From an uncultured delta proteobacterium (lineage in GTDB: Bacteria; Desulfobacterota; RBG-13-43-22): a stretch of DNA of 64,000 nt. Positions 12,301-25,254 of the stretch are shown piece by piece. A program made the position numbers and the translations under genes. How positions within the stretch are numbered: the first letter of the stretch is position 1; each line of letters opens with the position of its first letter. Below the pieces are notes generated by a model, which made no database searches, was not told where the DNA came from, and worked only from the letters and a program-made list of their open reading frames with translations. The stretch is from positions 224,001 through 288,000 of the forward strand of contig CAWJJC010000027.1 of the NCBI GenBank assembly GCA_963843145.1. The letters run 5' to 3'.

Positions 12301-15300
12301 AACTACAACGGAACCAACGCCTTTAACAATGCGGGGACGGTGACCAAGAGCGCGGGGACCGGAGCATCTACCATTAACGTGCCGTTCGCCAATACGGGCA
12401 CGGTGAATGCCAATATCGGCACGCTTTCATTTACAGACATCTTTACAAATTCTTCGACAGGCATTATTCAGGGAACGGGAACCTTAAACCTTCCCACCGG
12501 ATCATCTTTTACCAATAATGGCGCAATCAATCCGGCCGCGGCAGGCACGGCTGGCAAATTAACTATAAGCAGTGCCCTTACAAAAATCGGAGTGGTCAAC
12601 CTTGACATTGGCGGAACCACGGCAGGGACAACCTATGATCAGCTTGCCGTAAGCGGCGCCGCGACACTCGGCGGGACCCTCAACGTAACCCTAATCAACG
12701 GCTTTAACCCGTCAATCGGCGACGCTTATACCATCATGACTTGTGGGTCAAGAACTGGGACTTTCGGCACGTTGAATTTACCCTCCCTCGGGGATAAATC
12801 CTGGAATACGCCAACCTATAATGCCGGATCTTTAGTCCTTTCTGTCTCGGCGAAGACCTACACCCTGACTTATGCCGCCGGGGCTGGTGGAACAATTTCG
12901 GGGACTACGTCCCAGACGGTCAGCTACGACGCCAACGGTTCAGCGGTGACGGCGGTGCCGGACACCGGTTACTCCTTCGTGAATTGGAGTGACAGTTCTA
13001 CGGCTAACCCGCGAACTGACACCCATGTGACGGCGGATATCTCGCTCACCGCCAACTTCGCCCTCAATACCTACACGATTACCGCAGCGTCCGGAACCAA
13101 CGGGACCGTGACGCCATCCGGGGCCACGACGGTGTCATATGGAGGAAGCCAGACTTACTCCATTACCCCTGTCACGGGGTACCACGTGGCCGATGTATTG
13201 GTGGACGGCGTCTCGGCCGGTGCAATGACCTCATATCCCTTCACTAGTGTAGCTGCCAACCATACCATCTCAGCCTCTTTCGCCATCAACGCCTACACCC
13301 TGACCTACGCCGCCGGGCCCGGAGGAACGATCTCGGGCACTACGCCCCAGACAGTCAACTACGGCGCCAATGGCTCATCGATGACGGCGGTGCCAAACTC
13401 CGGCTATTACTTTGTAAACTGGAGTGACCGTTCGACGGCTAACCCGCGGACAGACACCACCGTGACGGCCGATGTAACTGTAACGGCTAACTTCGTGGCC
13501 GGGCCGCCGCTGCAGTCCACGGCCACCCCGGCCGGCGGGTCTTATAATACCGCCCAGACCGTCACCTTAACCCAAATAGGCGGCCAACCGGGCGCCGTTA
13601 TTTATTACACCACGGATAATAGTGACCCGACCGCTAGCAGTACGCTCTACACGAATCCGATTGCCATATCAACCAACACCACCCTTAAGTTCGCCGCTTA
13701 TGCCGGAGGGGCCTGGGAGACACCAGTAAAAACAGAGGCTTATACCTTTAATGCCAACCTCGGAGGAAGCCTTCCGGCAACGATTTCCGCATCGGTGAAC
13801 GGTCCTATTCCGATTACGGTGACTTTCGACAATCAGACCGGCTCAGCCATTACCACGATCAAGCCGGATTGCTTCAATACCTACTTTGAGGTGAGAGACT
13901 CCCAAGGCCATCTCCTACCCTCGCTTTGCCGGATCCCTATGGCCTACGGCATTCCTAAAGATGTCGGAACCATACCGACAGGGCAATCCACACTCACCTG
14001 TAACCTGGACGAGATGTTCGATCACAGCGTATTAAGCGGTCTTTCCGGACCCTACACCGTCCAGGCTACCTACTCGAACTATATCCAGGACCCGGACCTT
14101 GTCAACGGTACTTGCCAGGATCCAACCAATGGATGTACCGCTCTCTGGACCGGGGCCATTACCGCCAGCCCGGCCACCATTACCTTGACCAACACCTTTA
14201 CCCTGACTTATACCGCCGAGACTGGCGGCTCGATCTCGGGAACGAGTCCGCAGACAGTCAACCCTGGTGGAAGCGGGACGGAAGTAACTGCGGTACCTAA
14301 TACCGGTTACCACTTCGTAGGCTGGAGCGATGGAGTTCTGACGGAATCCCGGACAGACAGCAACGTGACGGCCAATATTTCGGTCACCGCCAACTTCGCC
14401 ATCGACACCTACACTCTAACCTACGCCGCCGGGTCCGGCGGAACCATTTCGGGGCCTACGTCCCAGACGATCAACTACGGCGCCGACGGCTTAGCGGTGA
14501 CGGCAGTGCCGGATACCGGGTATTACTTTTGTGCAATGGAGTGACGCTAGGACGGACAATCCGCGGACAGACGCCCATGTAACGACCAATATCTCGGTGA
14601 CCGCTAGTTTCGCCCTCAATAGCTACACGATCACCGCAACCTCAGGGGCCAACGGAAACGTGACGCCATCCGGGGCCACGACAGTGTCATATGGAGGCAG
14701 TCAGACTTACTCCATTACCCCCGCCACCGGGTACCACGTGGCCGATGTATTGGTGGACGGTATCTCGGTTGGTGCGGTGACCTCATACCCCTTCACCAAT
14801 GTTACTGCCAACCATACCATCACCGCCTCTTTTGTCATAAACACCTATACCCTGACATATACTGCCGGGAGTGACGGAGCGATCTCGGGCACCTCGTCCC
14901 AGACGGTCAACGTACGACGCCGACGGCTCAGCGGTAACGGCGGTGCCGAACCCCGGCTACTACTTCGTGAACTGGAGTGACAGTAGGACGGACAATCCGC
15001 GGACGGATACCCACGTGACGACCGATATCTCGGTTACCGCCAACTTCGTCGCCGGGCCGCCGTTGCAGTCCACGGCCACCCCGGCTGGCGGGACCTACAA
15101 TACCGCCCAAACCGTCACCTTAACCCAAATAGGCGGCCAACCGGGCGCCGTTATTTATTACACCACGGATAATAGTGACCCGACCGCAAGTAGCACGCTG
15201 TACACGAATCCCATTGCGATTTCAAGCAACACCACCCTTAAGTTTGCCACTTATGCCGGAGGGGCCTGGGAGACACCAGTAAAAATAGAGGCTTATACCT

Positions 15301-18300
15301 TTAATGCCAACCTCGGAGGAAGCCTTCCGGCAACGATTTCCGCATCGGTGAATGCTCCTATTCCGATTACGTTGACTTTCGACAATCAGACCGGCTCAGC
15401 CATTACTACGATCAAGCCGGATTGCTTCAATACCTACTTCGAAGTGAGAGACTCCCAAGGCCAGCTCCTTCCCTCGCTTTGCCGGATCCCTACGGCCTAC
15501 GGCATTCCTAAAGATGTCGGAACCATACCGACAGGTCAATCCACGCTCGCCTGTAACCTGGACGAGATGTTCGATCCAAGCGTATTAAGCGGTCTTTCCG
15601 GACCCTACACCGTCCAGGCAACCTACTCGAACTATATCCAGGACCCGGACCTTGTCAACGGTACTTGCCAGGATCCAACCAATGGATGTACCGTCCTCTG
15701 GACCGGGGCCATCGTTGTAACCCCAGCCACCGTTACTTTGACCAACACCTTTACCCTGACTTATACCGCCGGGATTGGCGGCTCGATCTCGGGGAATACC
15801 TCCCAGACAGTCAGTCCTGGGGCCAACGGCTCAACAGTAACGGCGCTACCTAATACCGGTTACCACTTCGTAGGCTGGAGCGATGGAGTTCTGACGGAAT
15901 CCCGGACAGACAGCAATGTGATGGCCAATATTTCGGTCACCTCCAACTTCGCCATCGACACCTACACTCTAACCTACGCCGCCGGGTCCGGCGGAACCAT
16001 TTCGGGGCCTACGTCCCAGACGGTCAACTACGGCGTCGACGGCGCGGCGGTGATGGCGGTGCCGGACACCGGCTACCACTTCGTGAATTGGAGTGACAGT
16101 TCGACGGCTAACCCGCGAACGGACACCCACGTGACTGCGAATATCTCGGTCACCGCTGGCTTCGTCCTCAATACCTACACGATTACAGCAACCTCCGGGG
16201 CCAACGGAACCGTAACGCCATCCGGGGCCACGACAGTGTCATATGGAGGCAGTCAGTCCTACTCCATTACCCCCGCCACCGGGTACCACGTGGCCGATGT
16301 ATTGGTGGACGGCGTCTCGGTGGGTGCGGTGACCTCATACCCCTTCACCAATGTTACTGCCAACCATACCATTACCGCCTCTTTTGCCATCAACACCTAT
16401 ACCCTGGCCTACATTGCCGGGACTGGCGGAGCGATCTCGGGCAGCAACGTCCCAGACGGTCAATTACGACGCCGACGGCTCGCGGTAACGGCGGTGCCGA
16501 ATTCCGGCTATTACTTCGTGAACTGGAGCGACGACAAAACGGATAATCCGCGAACGGACACCCACGTAATGGCCGATATCTCGGTCACCGCCAACTTCGC
16601 AGCCGGGCCGCCATTGCAGTCCACAGCCACCCCGGCAGGCGGGACCTATAATACCGCCCAGACCGTCACCTTAACCCATATCAGCGGTCAACCGGGTGCC
16701 GTAATTTACTTCACCACGGATAATAGTAATCCGACACTTAGCAGCACGCCGTACACGAAACCGATTCCGATTTCAACCGACACTACCCTAAAGTTCGCTG
16801 CTTATGCAGGAGGTGCCTGGGAGGCGGTGAGAACTGAGGTCTACACCTTTATTTCTAATACTGAACTCGGTGGAAGCCTGCCAGCAACGATTTCCGCATC
16901 AGTGAATGGTCCTATTCCAGTTACGGTGACCTTCAACAATAATACTGGATCAGACATAGCCACGATTCCACCGGATTGCTTCAATACCTATTTCGAGGTA
17001 AAGGACTCGCAAGGCCATCTCCTCCCCTCCCTTTGCCGGATTCCCACGGCCTACGGCATCCCGAACGATGTGGGGACCATACCGGCAGGCCAATCCACAC
17101 TCACTTGTAACCTGGCCGAGATGTTTGATCCCAGCATAATAAGTAGTCTCTCCGGAACGTACACCGTCCAGGCCACCTACTCGAACTATATCCAGGACCC
17201 GGATCTCGTTAACGGGACTTGCCATGATCCTGATGGAGAATTGTACCGCTCTATGGACCGGGGCTATCGCCGCAAGCCCCGCCACCATAACCTTGACTAA
17301 CACCTACTCCCTTACTTATACCACCGGCACTGGCGGCTCGATCTCGGGACCTACGTCACAAACGGTCAACCCTGGTGCCAGCGGCTCACCGGTGACGGCG
17401 GAGCCGGAAACCGGCTATTACTTCGTGAATTGGAGTGACAATAAGACGGATAATCCGCGAATGGACAGCAACGTTATGGCCAATATCTCGGTCACGGCCA
17501 ACTTCGTCGCCGGACCGCCATTGCAGTCGACGGCCACCCCGGCCGGCGGATCTTATAATACCTCCCAGACCGTCACCTTAACCCAAACAGGCGGCCAACC
17601 CAATGCCACTATTTATTACACCACGAATGGGAGTGACCCGACCTTAAATGGCACGGCGTATACGGATCCTATTCTAATTTCAGCGACGACCACCCTGAAA
17701 TTCGCCGCTTCTGCCGGAGGGGTCTGGGAAACGGTGAAAACCGAGGCCTACACCATTATTTCCGATACCGAACTTGGAGGCACCCTTTCCGTATCGGTGG
17801 ATGGCCCTGTCCCGGTTACGGTGACTTTAAAGAACAAAACCGGCTCAGATATCACTACGATCAAGCCGGATTGCTTCAATACCTTCTTCGAGGTGTTTCC
17901 CTGCGATCCCTCAAATCCCACCTGCAAACCTTTACCTTCGCTTTGCCGAATCCCCACGGCCTATGGCATTCCAAACGATGTCGTTACCATACCCGACAGC
18001 AGTCAATTTACACTCAGTTGTAACCTGGCTGATATGTTCGATCCCAGCATATTAAATAGTTTTTCCGGATCTTATACCGTCAAAGCCACCTACTCGAACT
18101 ATATCCAGGACCCGGATTTAGTAAATGGTACTTGCAACTCCTCCACCCTGTACCGCCCTCTGGACCGGGGCCATCGCCGCCGCAACCCCGGCCCCCATTA
18201 TCTTGCCCAATATCTACACCATCACCGGCATTGTTATAGGCGGGAACGGGACCATCAGTTGCACCTCGCCGGTTATCCTTAACGCCACATCAACGTGTAC

Positions 18301-21076
18301 CATAACGCCCAACGCCGGTTATCAGTTGGCCACCTTGACTGACAACGGTGGAAACGTGTTCAGCTCGGTTAGCAACAACAGTTATACTATCTCGAATGTT
18401 ACGACCAATCATATAGTTATTGCCACCTTTGCCATTGGCACCTACACCCTGACTTACACCGCCGGGACCGGTGGAACGATTTCTGGCGCCCCGTACCTGA
18501 CGCAAACAGTCAGCTACGGAGCCGACGGCACAACCGTGACAGCGGTTTCCAACCCCGGCTACCACTTCCTAGGCTGGGATGACGGATCGACCGATAACCC
18601 GCGAACAGACATTAATGTGACAAGTAATATATCGGTCACGGCCAACTTCGCCATGAATGAACGGCCTAATGCCAACAGCCAGGATGTTGTCACGGATGAG
18701 AACGTACCTATATCGATCACCCTAAGTGCGGTCGACCTCTACAACCCCAGTCTCGCCTTTAGCATTTCCAGCTATCCTGCCAACGGCACTCTCAGCGCTA
18801 TCGGGTCTTCCTCATGTTCCACCGGAAGTTCAGGCTTCATCTGCACCGGTACTGTGATTTATACCCCAACCGCCAACTTCAACGGACACGATAGCTTTTC
18901 GTTCAAGGTTACTGAAGGAGTGCTGGAAAGCGATACGGCCGCGGTTTCGCTTTTAGTGAGGCCGGTAAATTCCGTACCGGTGGCCTTACCCCAAATATTG
19001 ACCACCGATAACTATTCCCAATTGTCGATTACCCTGTCAGGCAACGATCTGGAAACCACTCCTGGAAATCTGACCTTCACCGTCGTAACAGCCCCCGCTC
19101 ACGGGACACTGAGCGGCACGCCACCATCTGTGGTTTATACGCCGGACCCCACCTATAAAGGGCCTGACCCCTTCACTTTCACAGTGACCGACCGCGGCGA
19201 TCCGGATAACTGTGGGCCAGTAGGTCCTGCCTGTTCGGCGCCCAAGACCAGCGCTGAAGCGACGGTGTCGCTCACCATCACCGACGGCACCCCGCCTATG
19301 ACATCCATTACCAAGACCCCGGCGACGCTGAGCAACGATCCCAACCCCATCTTCGGCTTCACAGGTACTGATAACACTACGGCGACGGGAGACTTGGCCT
19401 TTGAGTGCAGCCTTGACAGCGCTGGCTTTTCTGTCTGCGGCAATCCTGGGTACCCTACGACCCAGTATCACGGTCTTGGGGAAGGTCTGCACACCTTCCT
19501 GGTACGCGCCAAGGATCAATCCGGTAATATGGACACCAACCCGCCCAGCTATAGTTGGACCATCGATACTTCGCCGCCGGACACGTTGATCGATACTAAT
19601 CCAGACCAACACGCCAAGAGCGCCACGGCGACCTTCACTTTCCATGCCACCGAGGGTAATAGTACCTTTTCCTGTACGCTTGATGGTGGATCGCCGGATA
19701 ACTGCGACAGCGGCAGCAAGGACTACAACAACCTGTTCGACGGTTCGCACACCTTCACGGTCGCCGCCAGGGACCAGGCGGGAAACGTTGATCCCTCTCC
19801 CGCCACCTATACCTGGACCATCGACACGACAGTCCCGGATACGGCCATTGACAGCCACCCGGCCGATCCGACCACCAATACCAGCGCGACCTTCACTTTC
19901 CACGGTTCTGACCCTTCCGGACAGGATACGTTCCAGTGCAGCCTGGATGAAGCGGCTTTCACCGCCTGCACCAGTGGGATTACTTACAATAACCTGGCCC
20001 TCGGGACCCATACCTTCCAGGTTAGGGCCACTGACCAGGCCGGCAACACGGATGCAAACCCGGCCGGCTACACCTGGACCATTGGCCAGGTCACTCTAGA
20101 CAACTACACCATTGACACGGATTTCAGTCGATTCGACGGGTTCGATGTGGTTTTTGCCAGGGGTTTCGGGTCTTCCTTGAAGCTCAACAGCACCAACCCG
20201 GACTCCTTCAACTATCAGATCAAACTGACCAACAACACCGGGAAGACAATAAGTCCGGCCAATGGGAATACGGCGACGGCCATCATCACCGTGCCCGGAC
20301 TGCCTCCCTCCTGCGGGGGTGTACCTTGTAATTCGAAGATGGGGCAACTCGGGGATCCGGCCTTCGTCATCAGGGGACAAAGGATCGTACACCTCTGGCC
20401 AGGCCATGACCGCGACTTTGACGACGACGATGATATGCCGGTCAGTGTGCAGTACATGACCCTGCCGCAATACCAATCCAACGGCAACAGTTGCACCGAC
20501 AGGGGCGGATACGGGGCCATTTTACCTTCCAATGGAGCGCCGAAGTGCATCAAGATCACCGGTTTTAACATTCCGGTGAAGCACTCGGCTCGGATCAGGC
20601 TGAACTTCCAATTCCGCCTTAAGGGCACAGACGGTTGGGATCCCCGGTCACAGCAGCTCTTCTTTGCCGGGTTTGTCTTCCAGGCCGCCACGTCGGTGAG
20701 CTTCGGAGCGAACATCCAAACAACTGCCGAATCCTCCGGATTGGTCGGCGCCGGCAGCAAGGCGACGGCTATCGGAGGTTATGCCTTTGACGCTTCAGGC
20801 GCACCGCTTACCGGTTATACGGTTCGGCTCTTTACGAAGATGGGCAACGCCTCCTGCACCAGCAATACCAAGCTGGTTGCCCAGGATCAAATTGACGAAA
20901 ATGGTTTCTATTATATCTGGCGTACGGGGACGAATCAGCATATCGTAGCGCCGAATCTGCCCTCAGGCATGCAGTACGCGGTCCAGCTCTGCAATGGATC
21001 TACCCCCATTGCCATCAAGACCATCGATAGCAGACTTTCCGATAAGGAATTTGAACAGGTGGACTTTGAGCAATAG
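6324..21076 (+). CDS. Giant (~4,900 aa) secreted repetitive surface protein/adhesin, split into 6 ORFs by probable indel errors
   Basis: AGGAGG RBS and Sec signal (..APSWA/QT). Domains in order: InlB-B-like repeat; 7x 'KTYG..QQTSDGGYI.AG' propeller; 7x delta-60-like 'QPDGKILIGG..ARLN.DG.LD' propeller; ASH/Ig domain; 269-aa Gly/Thr/Asn beta-helix-like repeats; InlB-B-like and Fn3-associated/chitobiase-like repeats; cadherin/Big-like and Ig repeats. Repeat units run seamlessly across the ORF breaks. Confidence 0.85.
10474..12420 (+). repeat. Near-identical 807-bp tandem repeat (~2.4 copies) in the giant gene
   Basis: accatgagcgggcccgggacgacgaac recurs at 10474, 11281 and 12088. Confidence 0.95.
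12850..18210 (+). repeat. ~1.55-kb composite repeat (3 copies plus a shorter 4th) in the giant gene
   Basis: GPPLQSTATPAGG codons recur at 13501, 15054, 16605 and 17512, each followed by the same Cys-rich module. Confidence 0.9.
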
Positions 21077-21215
21077 GCGCACGACCAATGGCTGATCCTA
21101 AGTTAACTAATTCATAATTATCGACAAAGGGAGAAGACTTATGCCGAAAATTAAAAATACAATATTAAGGATGTTTAAAAATTGCTTAACCAACTTAAAA
21201 AGGGAGGTGTTACCC

Positions 21216-22070
21216 ATGGAAAAGAGTGAAAAAGCATGGTTTGGAATGTATGGTCTCTTGATAGCTTTGTCCATTATAGGCCTGAGTCTGATCTTGAGCC
21301 CCGGCTCAACGCAGGCGGCCGGTGTTAACTGCACAACAGGGATGTCCCAAAGCACCGACGTCGACAAAGATGGGTTTACTGATTACCAAGAGTGTTACGG
21401 ATTTAACCTGATAAATGGGACGCGCGCTTATGGTAAATCAGAAACCTGTCCTCCTGGAGGTATCTGCCTCGATCCGGACAACAAAGATCTGTTTGTCATC
21501 CTGGTACCGGCATTACCCAGTTACCTTCCCTTGAATCCCTTGCAGAATGTCTCTGACCCTGTTTCGGCGGGCGGCCTGGGAATAAATGTCCACCTGATCA
21601 CTCCATCCCAGGCCAATCCGGATCGGACGGTAACTACCGCTTCAACCCAGAAGGCTGTCATGATAACCGAGAGTCTGGATACGACCAGCCCTACCCTTCT
21701 CGGGTTTTCCAATACCGGAACTCCGGACAATCTGGACAACACAACTATTTATACACAGAGGATAATAAATTTCATCTCGACCACCTGCAATGGGGCGATC
21801 AGTTGCGCTGATTCAGTTACGGGCGCGAGGGGTGATGCCCTCGTTCAACAATATATGTTGCATATTATCAATCATGAAGTCGGACACGTGGTTGGTCCCC
21901 TTGCCCCGACCTACAATGCAACCTATGGCGGCTACCACTATAAAACGGCAAATAACGGATATATCATGGACCAGTCGATCTATTATACTTCAAAAGGCGG
22001 TAAGGTTGTTTTTTACATCGGGACGGGTTATACCGCTAAGGATCAGAGCTCAATCAAGTTGGTGCCCTGA
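21216..22070 (+). CDS. Secreted zincin-like metallopeptidase
   Basis: GGAGG RBS before MEKSEK; hydrophobic signal; DVDKDGFTD Ca-binding-like loop; HEVGH zinc motif with downstream H and 'YIMD' Met-turn candidate. Confidence 0.7.
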   Translation: MEKSEKAWFGMYGLLIALSIIGLSLILSPGSTQAAGVNCTTGMSQSTDVDKDGFTDYQECYGFNLINGTRAYGKSETCPPGGICLDPDNKDLFVILVPALPSYLPLNPLQNVSDPVSAGGLGINVHLITPSQANPDRTVTTASTQKAVMITESLDTTSPTLLGFSNTGTPDNLDNTTIYTQRIINFISTTCNGAISCADSVTGARGDALVQQYMLHIINHEVGHVVGPLAPTYNATYGGYHYKTANNGYIMDQSIYYTSKGGKVVFYIGTGYTAKDQSSIKLVP

Positions 22071-22189
22071 TTTAGCCGTGACCATCCGTCGCTTGTTCCC
22101 TCTCTCCAGCCAAGGTTGGGACGGCTATTTATGGATAATGGATAAAGCCACTATATTGAATTAAATAATAACAAAGAAAGGAGAAGAAA

Positions 22190-22690
22190 ATGAAAAAGAG
22201 AACAGGTGTAATCAGTATCATGTTGTTGAGCGGATTAATTCTCTGGGCCGCACAGCCAGCCATGCTTTGTGCGGGAGGAGGAACATCAGAAGGTACTTTG
22301 TGGGATCCTTTCATAAATCTAACACCCCTTAACGGTATTGTCTTCATGCTAAACGGTACACTAAGCATCTCCTACGAGCCAGGACAGACCAGCCCTTCTT
22401 GCGGCGGCCAATACGTAGCGAACATGTTTTACACGGTTAGACTGAACAAAGACTCCAAAACGTACACGTTCAATGGGTCTACTGACGGAGTCTGCACTGG
22501 AGATATAGGGGTACCGGGGTCGGGGGGACAGGGCGACGTGATAATGGGTTTCCTGGGAAGTGCGGTTAGGTCGATTTTTCCGAATGCTAAGAACCCGAAG
22601 TGGAATTTGATATCGGTCAGCACTCCCTGGATATCACCACTTAGTGATGCCTTTGTGGCCGATATTTTCATTGAAGCCTTAAAGAAATAA
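22190..22690 (+). CDS. Hypothetical secreted protein
   Basis: 166 aa, AGGAG RBS, N-terminal signal peptide, predicted beta-rich; no family recognised. Confidence 0.75.
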   Translation: MKKRTGVISIMLLSGLILWAAQPAMLCAGGGTSEGTLWDPFINLTPLNGIVFMLNGTLSISYEPGQTSPSCGGQYVANMFYTVRLNKDSKTYTFNGSTDGVCTGDIGVPGSGGQGDVIMGFLGSAVRSIFPNAKNPKWNLISVSTPWISPLSDAFVADIFIEALKK

Positions 22691-22849
22691 GAATTCAGCT
22701 AAAAAAAAGAGGTTGATGCGGGACGGAAAGGCCCTTTATTGTCCGGTGGGTCTTTCTGTGCCCAACCTTATCTCAATTTAGGTGCCAGCCACCTTATTGA
22801 TTAAACTTGTCGACATCACCTAATCTTTTCAATTTTCGTGCCTGTCACC

Positions 22850-23515
22850 ATGGCGAGAATACCGAGAATAGTTGCTTCAGGGCTTCCTCACCATATTTTG
22901 CAGCGGGGCAGCAGACGGCAGCAGACCTTTTTTTACGAAAAAGATTACTCGAATTTCATTGAAATTTTGGCCGAAAAGTGCAGGCGTCATGGGGTTGAAA
23001 TTTGGGTTTACTGCCTGATGCCCAACCACGTCCACCTGATTGCCGTTCCTCAAAACGAGAACGGGCTGCGAAAAGCCAAAGGAGAAGCCCACAAGCAATA
23101 CGCCGAAAAAGTCAACCAGCGAGAGGGCTGGCACGGTCACCTGTGGCAGGGTAGATTCTCGTCTTATGTGATGGATGAAAACCATCTGATAGTCGCCGCC
23201 CGTTATATTTCCATGAATCCAGTTCGGGCCAGGATCGTCAAATCCCCAGAGGAATACCCCTGGAGCAGCGCCCGCTCATACAAAACAGGAAGAGACGATT
23301 ATCTGGTTAGAGTGAAACCTCTTTTGGATATTATCGGCAATTGGGAGAATTTTATTGCCGGACCAATCACCCATAAGGATCTAACGATTATAAAGCGTCA
23401 CGAACGGACCGGTCGTCCCCTTGGAGACTCGCTTTTTCTCACCGAACTTGAAAACAGGCTGGATAAAATTATCCGTCCCGGCAAAAGAGGCCCCAAAAAA
23501 AAATGGAGGCCTTAA
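22850..23515 (+). CDS. REP-associated tyrosine transposase (RAYT, Y1 HUH family)
   Basis: MARIPR..GLPHHILQRG, 'YCLMPNHVHL' (HUH), 'LWQGRF', 'RYISMNPVRA', 'YPWSS', C-terminal 'TGRPLG...KRGPK'. Confidence 0.9.
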   Translation: MARIPRIVASGLPHHILQRGSRRQQTFFYEKDYSNFIEILAEKCRRHGVEIWVYCLMPNHVHLIAVPQNENGLRKAKGEAHKQYAEKVNQREGWHGHLWQGRFSSYVMDENHLIVAARYISMNPVRARIVKSPEEYPWSSARSYKTGRDDYLVRVKPLLDIIGNWENFIAGPITHKDLTIIKRHERTGRPLGDSLFLTELENRLDKIIRPGKRGPKKKWRP

Positions 23516-23552
23516 ACAAATTGACATCCTGTCCCGCTGCAGGCGAGGGGCC

Positions 23553-25245
23553 ATGCTGAAGACCCTCCCTATCCTTATCTCTCTCCTGGCACCCGCCCTA
23601 ACGGGAATCCTTCTGGCCCTGGCCTTTCCCAACTACCACCAGGGTCGGTTAGCCTGGGTGGCCTTCGTCCCTCTTCTTCTGGTTATCCGGAAGAAAAGAC
23701 CCTGGCCGGCCTTTTTTATGGGCTGGCTTTGCGGGGTAATTTTTTTCCTGGGTATCACCCCCTGGTGGATCAAAGAGTTTAAATTTGTAAGTCCCCTGGC
23801 CAGTGGACTCGGTTATCTCTATCTGGGCTTCTATTTCGGGCTTTTCGGGCTTTTCCTGAGTTGGTTCGACAGGAACCACCAGGTGTACTTACTTGGTTGC
23901 CGCCCTCTTTCTGGGTGGCCCTTGAGTACCTCCGCGCCAACCTATCCTTTCTGGCCTTTCCATGGGCGCTCCTCGGGCATACCCAGTACCAAAATCTCCC
24001 CATAATCCAAATGGCCTCATTCGCCGGAGTCTATGGAGTATCGTTTATAATTATACTAGTAAATGCAGCCCTGGCGGATCTATTGGTACAATTGTTCCCC
24101 CCTCACTCTATCACCCTCTCCACTCCGGGGTGTGGGCCCCTCCGGGCCGGAATCCGCCAAGGGAGAGAACGAGAAGGAGAAAGCTGGAAGGCTGGAAGAA
24201 TTGAAGGAGGGAATCTGGCGAGAACGGATTGTCTATAGAAAAAAGGCTATATACCGGCTGGCACGTCATGGTGATTGTTGCCGGGGTTTGGAATTGCGGG
24301 ATGGACGTCCTTACCTCCGGACCTTAAGGCAAACCCCTTAAGGGTGGCGGTGGTCCAGGGGAACATTCCGCAAAACTTAAAATGGAATCGGGAGTACCGG
24401 GAGCAGATTATTTCCCAGTATGAAAGGCTGACGGAAGAGGCGGAGAAGTCAGAACCGCAACTGATCGTCTGGCCCGAAACGGCCACCCCCGGATTCGTCC
24501 TGAACGATTTTTCTCTCTTAAGACGGATGGCCTCTCTGCTGGCCGGGGCCAAAGCCTACCTGCTTATCGGCAGCTCGGAGTACCCCAAATTTTCCGGGCC
24601 CCACTTCAAGCTCTCACTGAGTAAGGGGAATACCGCCTTGCTTTTCTCTCCCCAGGGCCGGGTCCTCGGCCAGTACCTGAAGATGCGCCTGGTGCCCTTT
24701 GGGGAGTATATCCCCTATAAAGACTTCATTCCTTGGCCCGATTTCATTGTCCAAAAGGGGAAAAGGACCTTCGATATCGCCGGGCGCGAAGTCACCCTCT
24801 TCCGGGTAGGCGGGGACCCGTTCGGCACCCTGATTTGCTGGGAGGTTTTGTTCCCCGATCTGACCCGGAATCTGGTAAAAAAGGGGGCGGGATTCGCGGT
24901 CAACCTGACCAACGAAGCCTGGTTTGGCAAGATCGCCTTTCCGCAGCAGATGCTTTCCTCCTGCGTCTTCCGGGCGGTGGAAAACAGAATCAACCTGGTG
25001 CGGTGCGCCAATACCGGCATTTCCTGCTTCATCGATCCTTACGGGCGAGTAACCAGTCAGGGTATCCAAGAATGGGCCAGGATAGCTTCGTCGAGGGGAC
25101 CCTGGCCCAAACGATTTATCTGGATCGGCCCGGAACTTTTTATACCCAATACGGCGATATTTTGGTATATCTATCCGCGGCTTTTACATTCATTATTTTG
25201 GTTTACTCCTTTTGGAAACCGAAGCACCGTGCCCAAGGTTCATAG
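23553..25245 (+). CDS. lnt: Apolipoprotein N-acyltransferase (several frameshifts)
   Basis: TM N-terminus, 'FPWALLG', 'VVQGNI'; catalytic triad 'WPET', 'YLKMRLVPFGEY', 'LICWE'; 'TNEAWFG', 'RAVENR', 'ANTGIS'. Confidence 0.9.
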
Positions 25246-25254
25246 GACTCATTA

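Noticed and set aside
10474-18210. Diversity-generating retroelement TR/VR pair suggested by near-identical repeats
   Set aside because: Repeats are tandem, in-frame coding units; differences are not adenine-specific; no reverse transcriptase in the window.
7873-21076. Classical autotransporter or RTX/T1SS adhesin
   Set aside because: No C-terminal beta-barrel signature, no GGxGxD nonapeptides and no transporter genes nearby.
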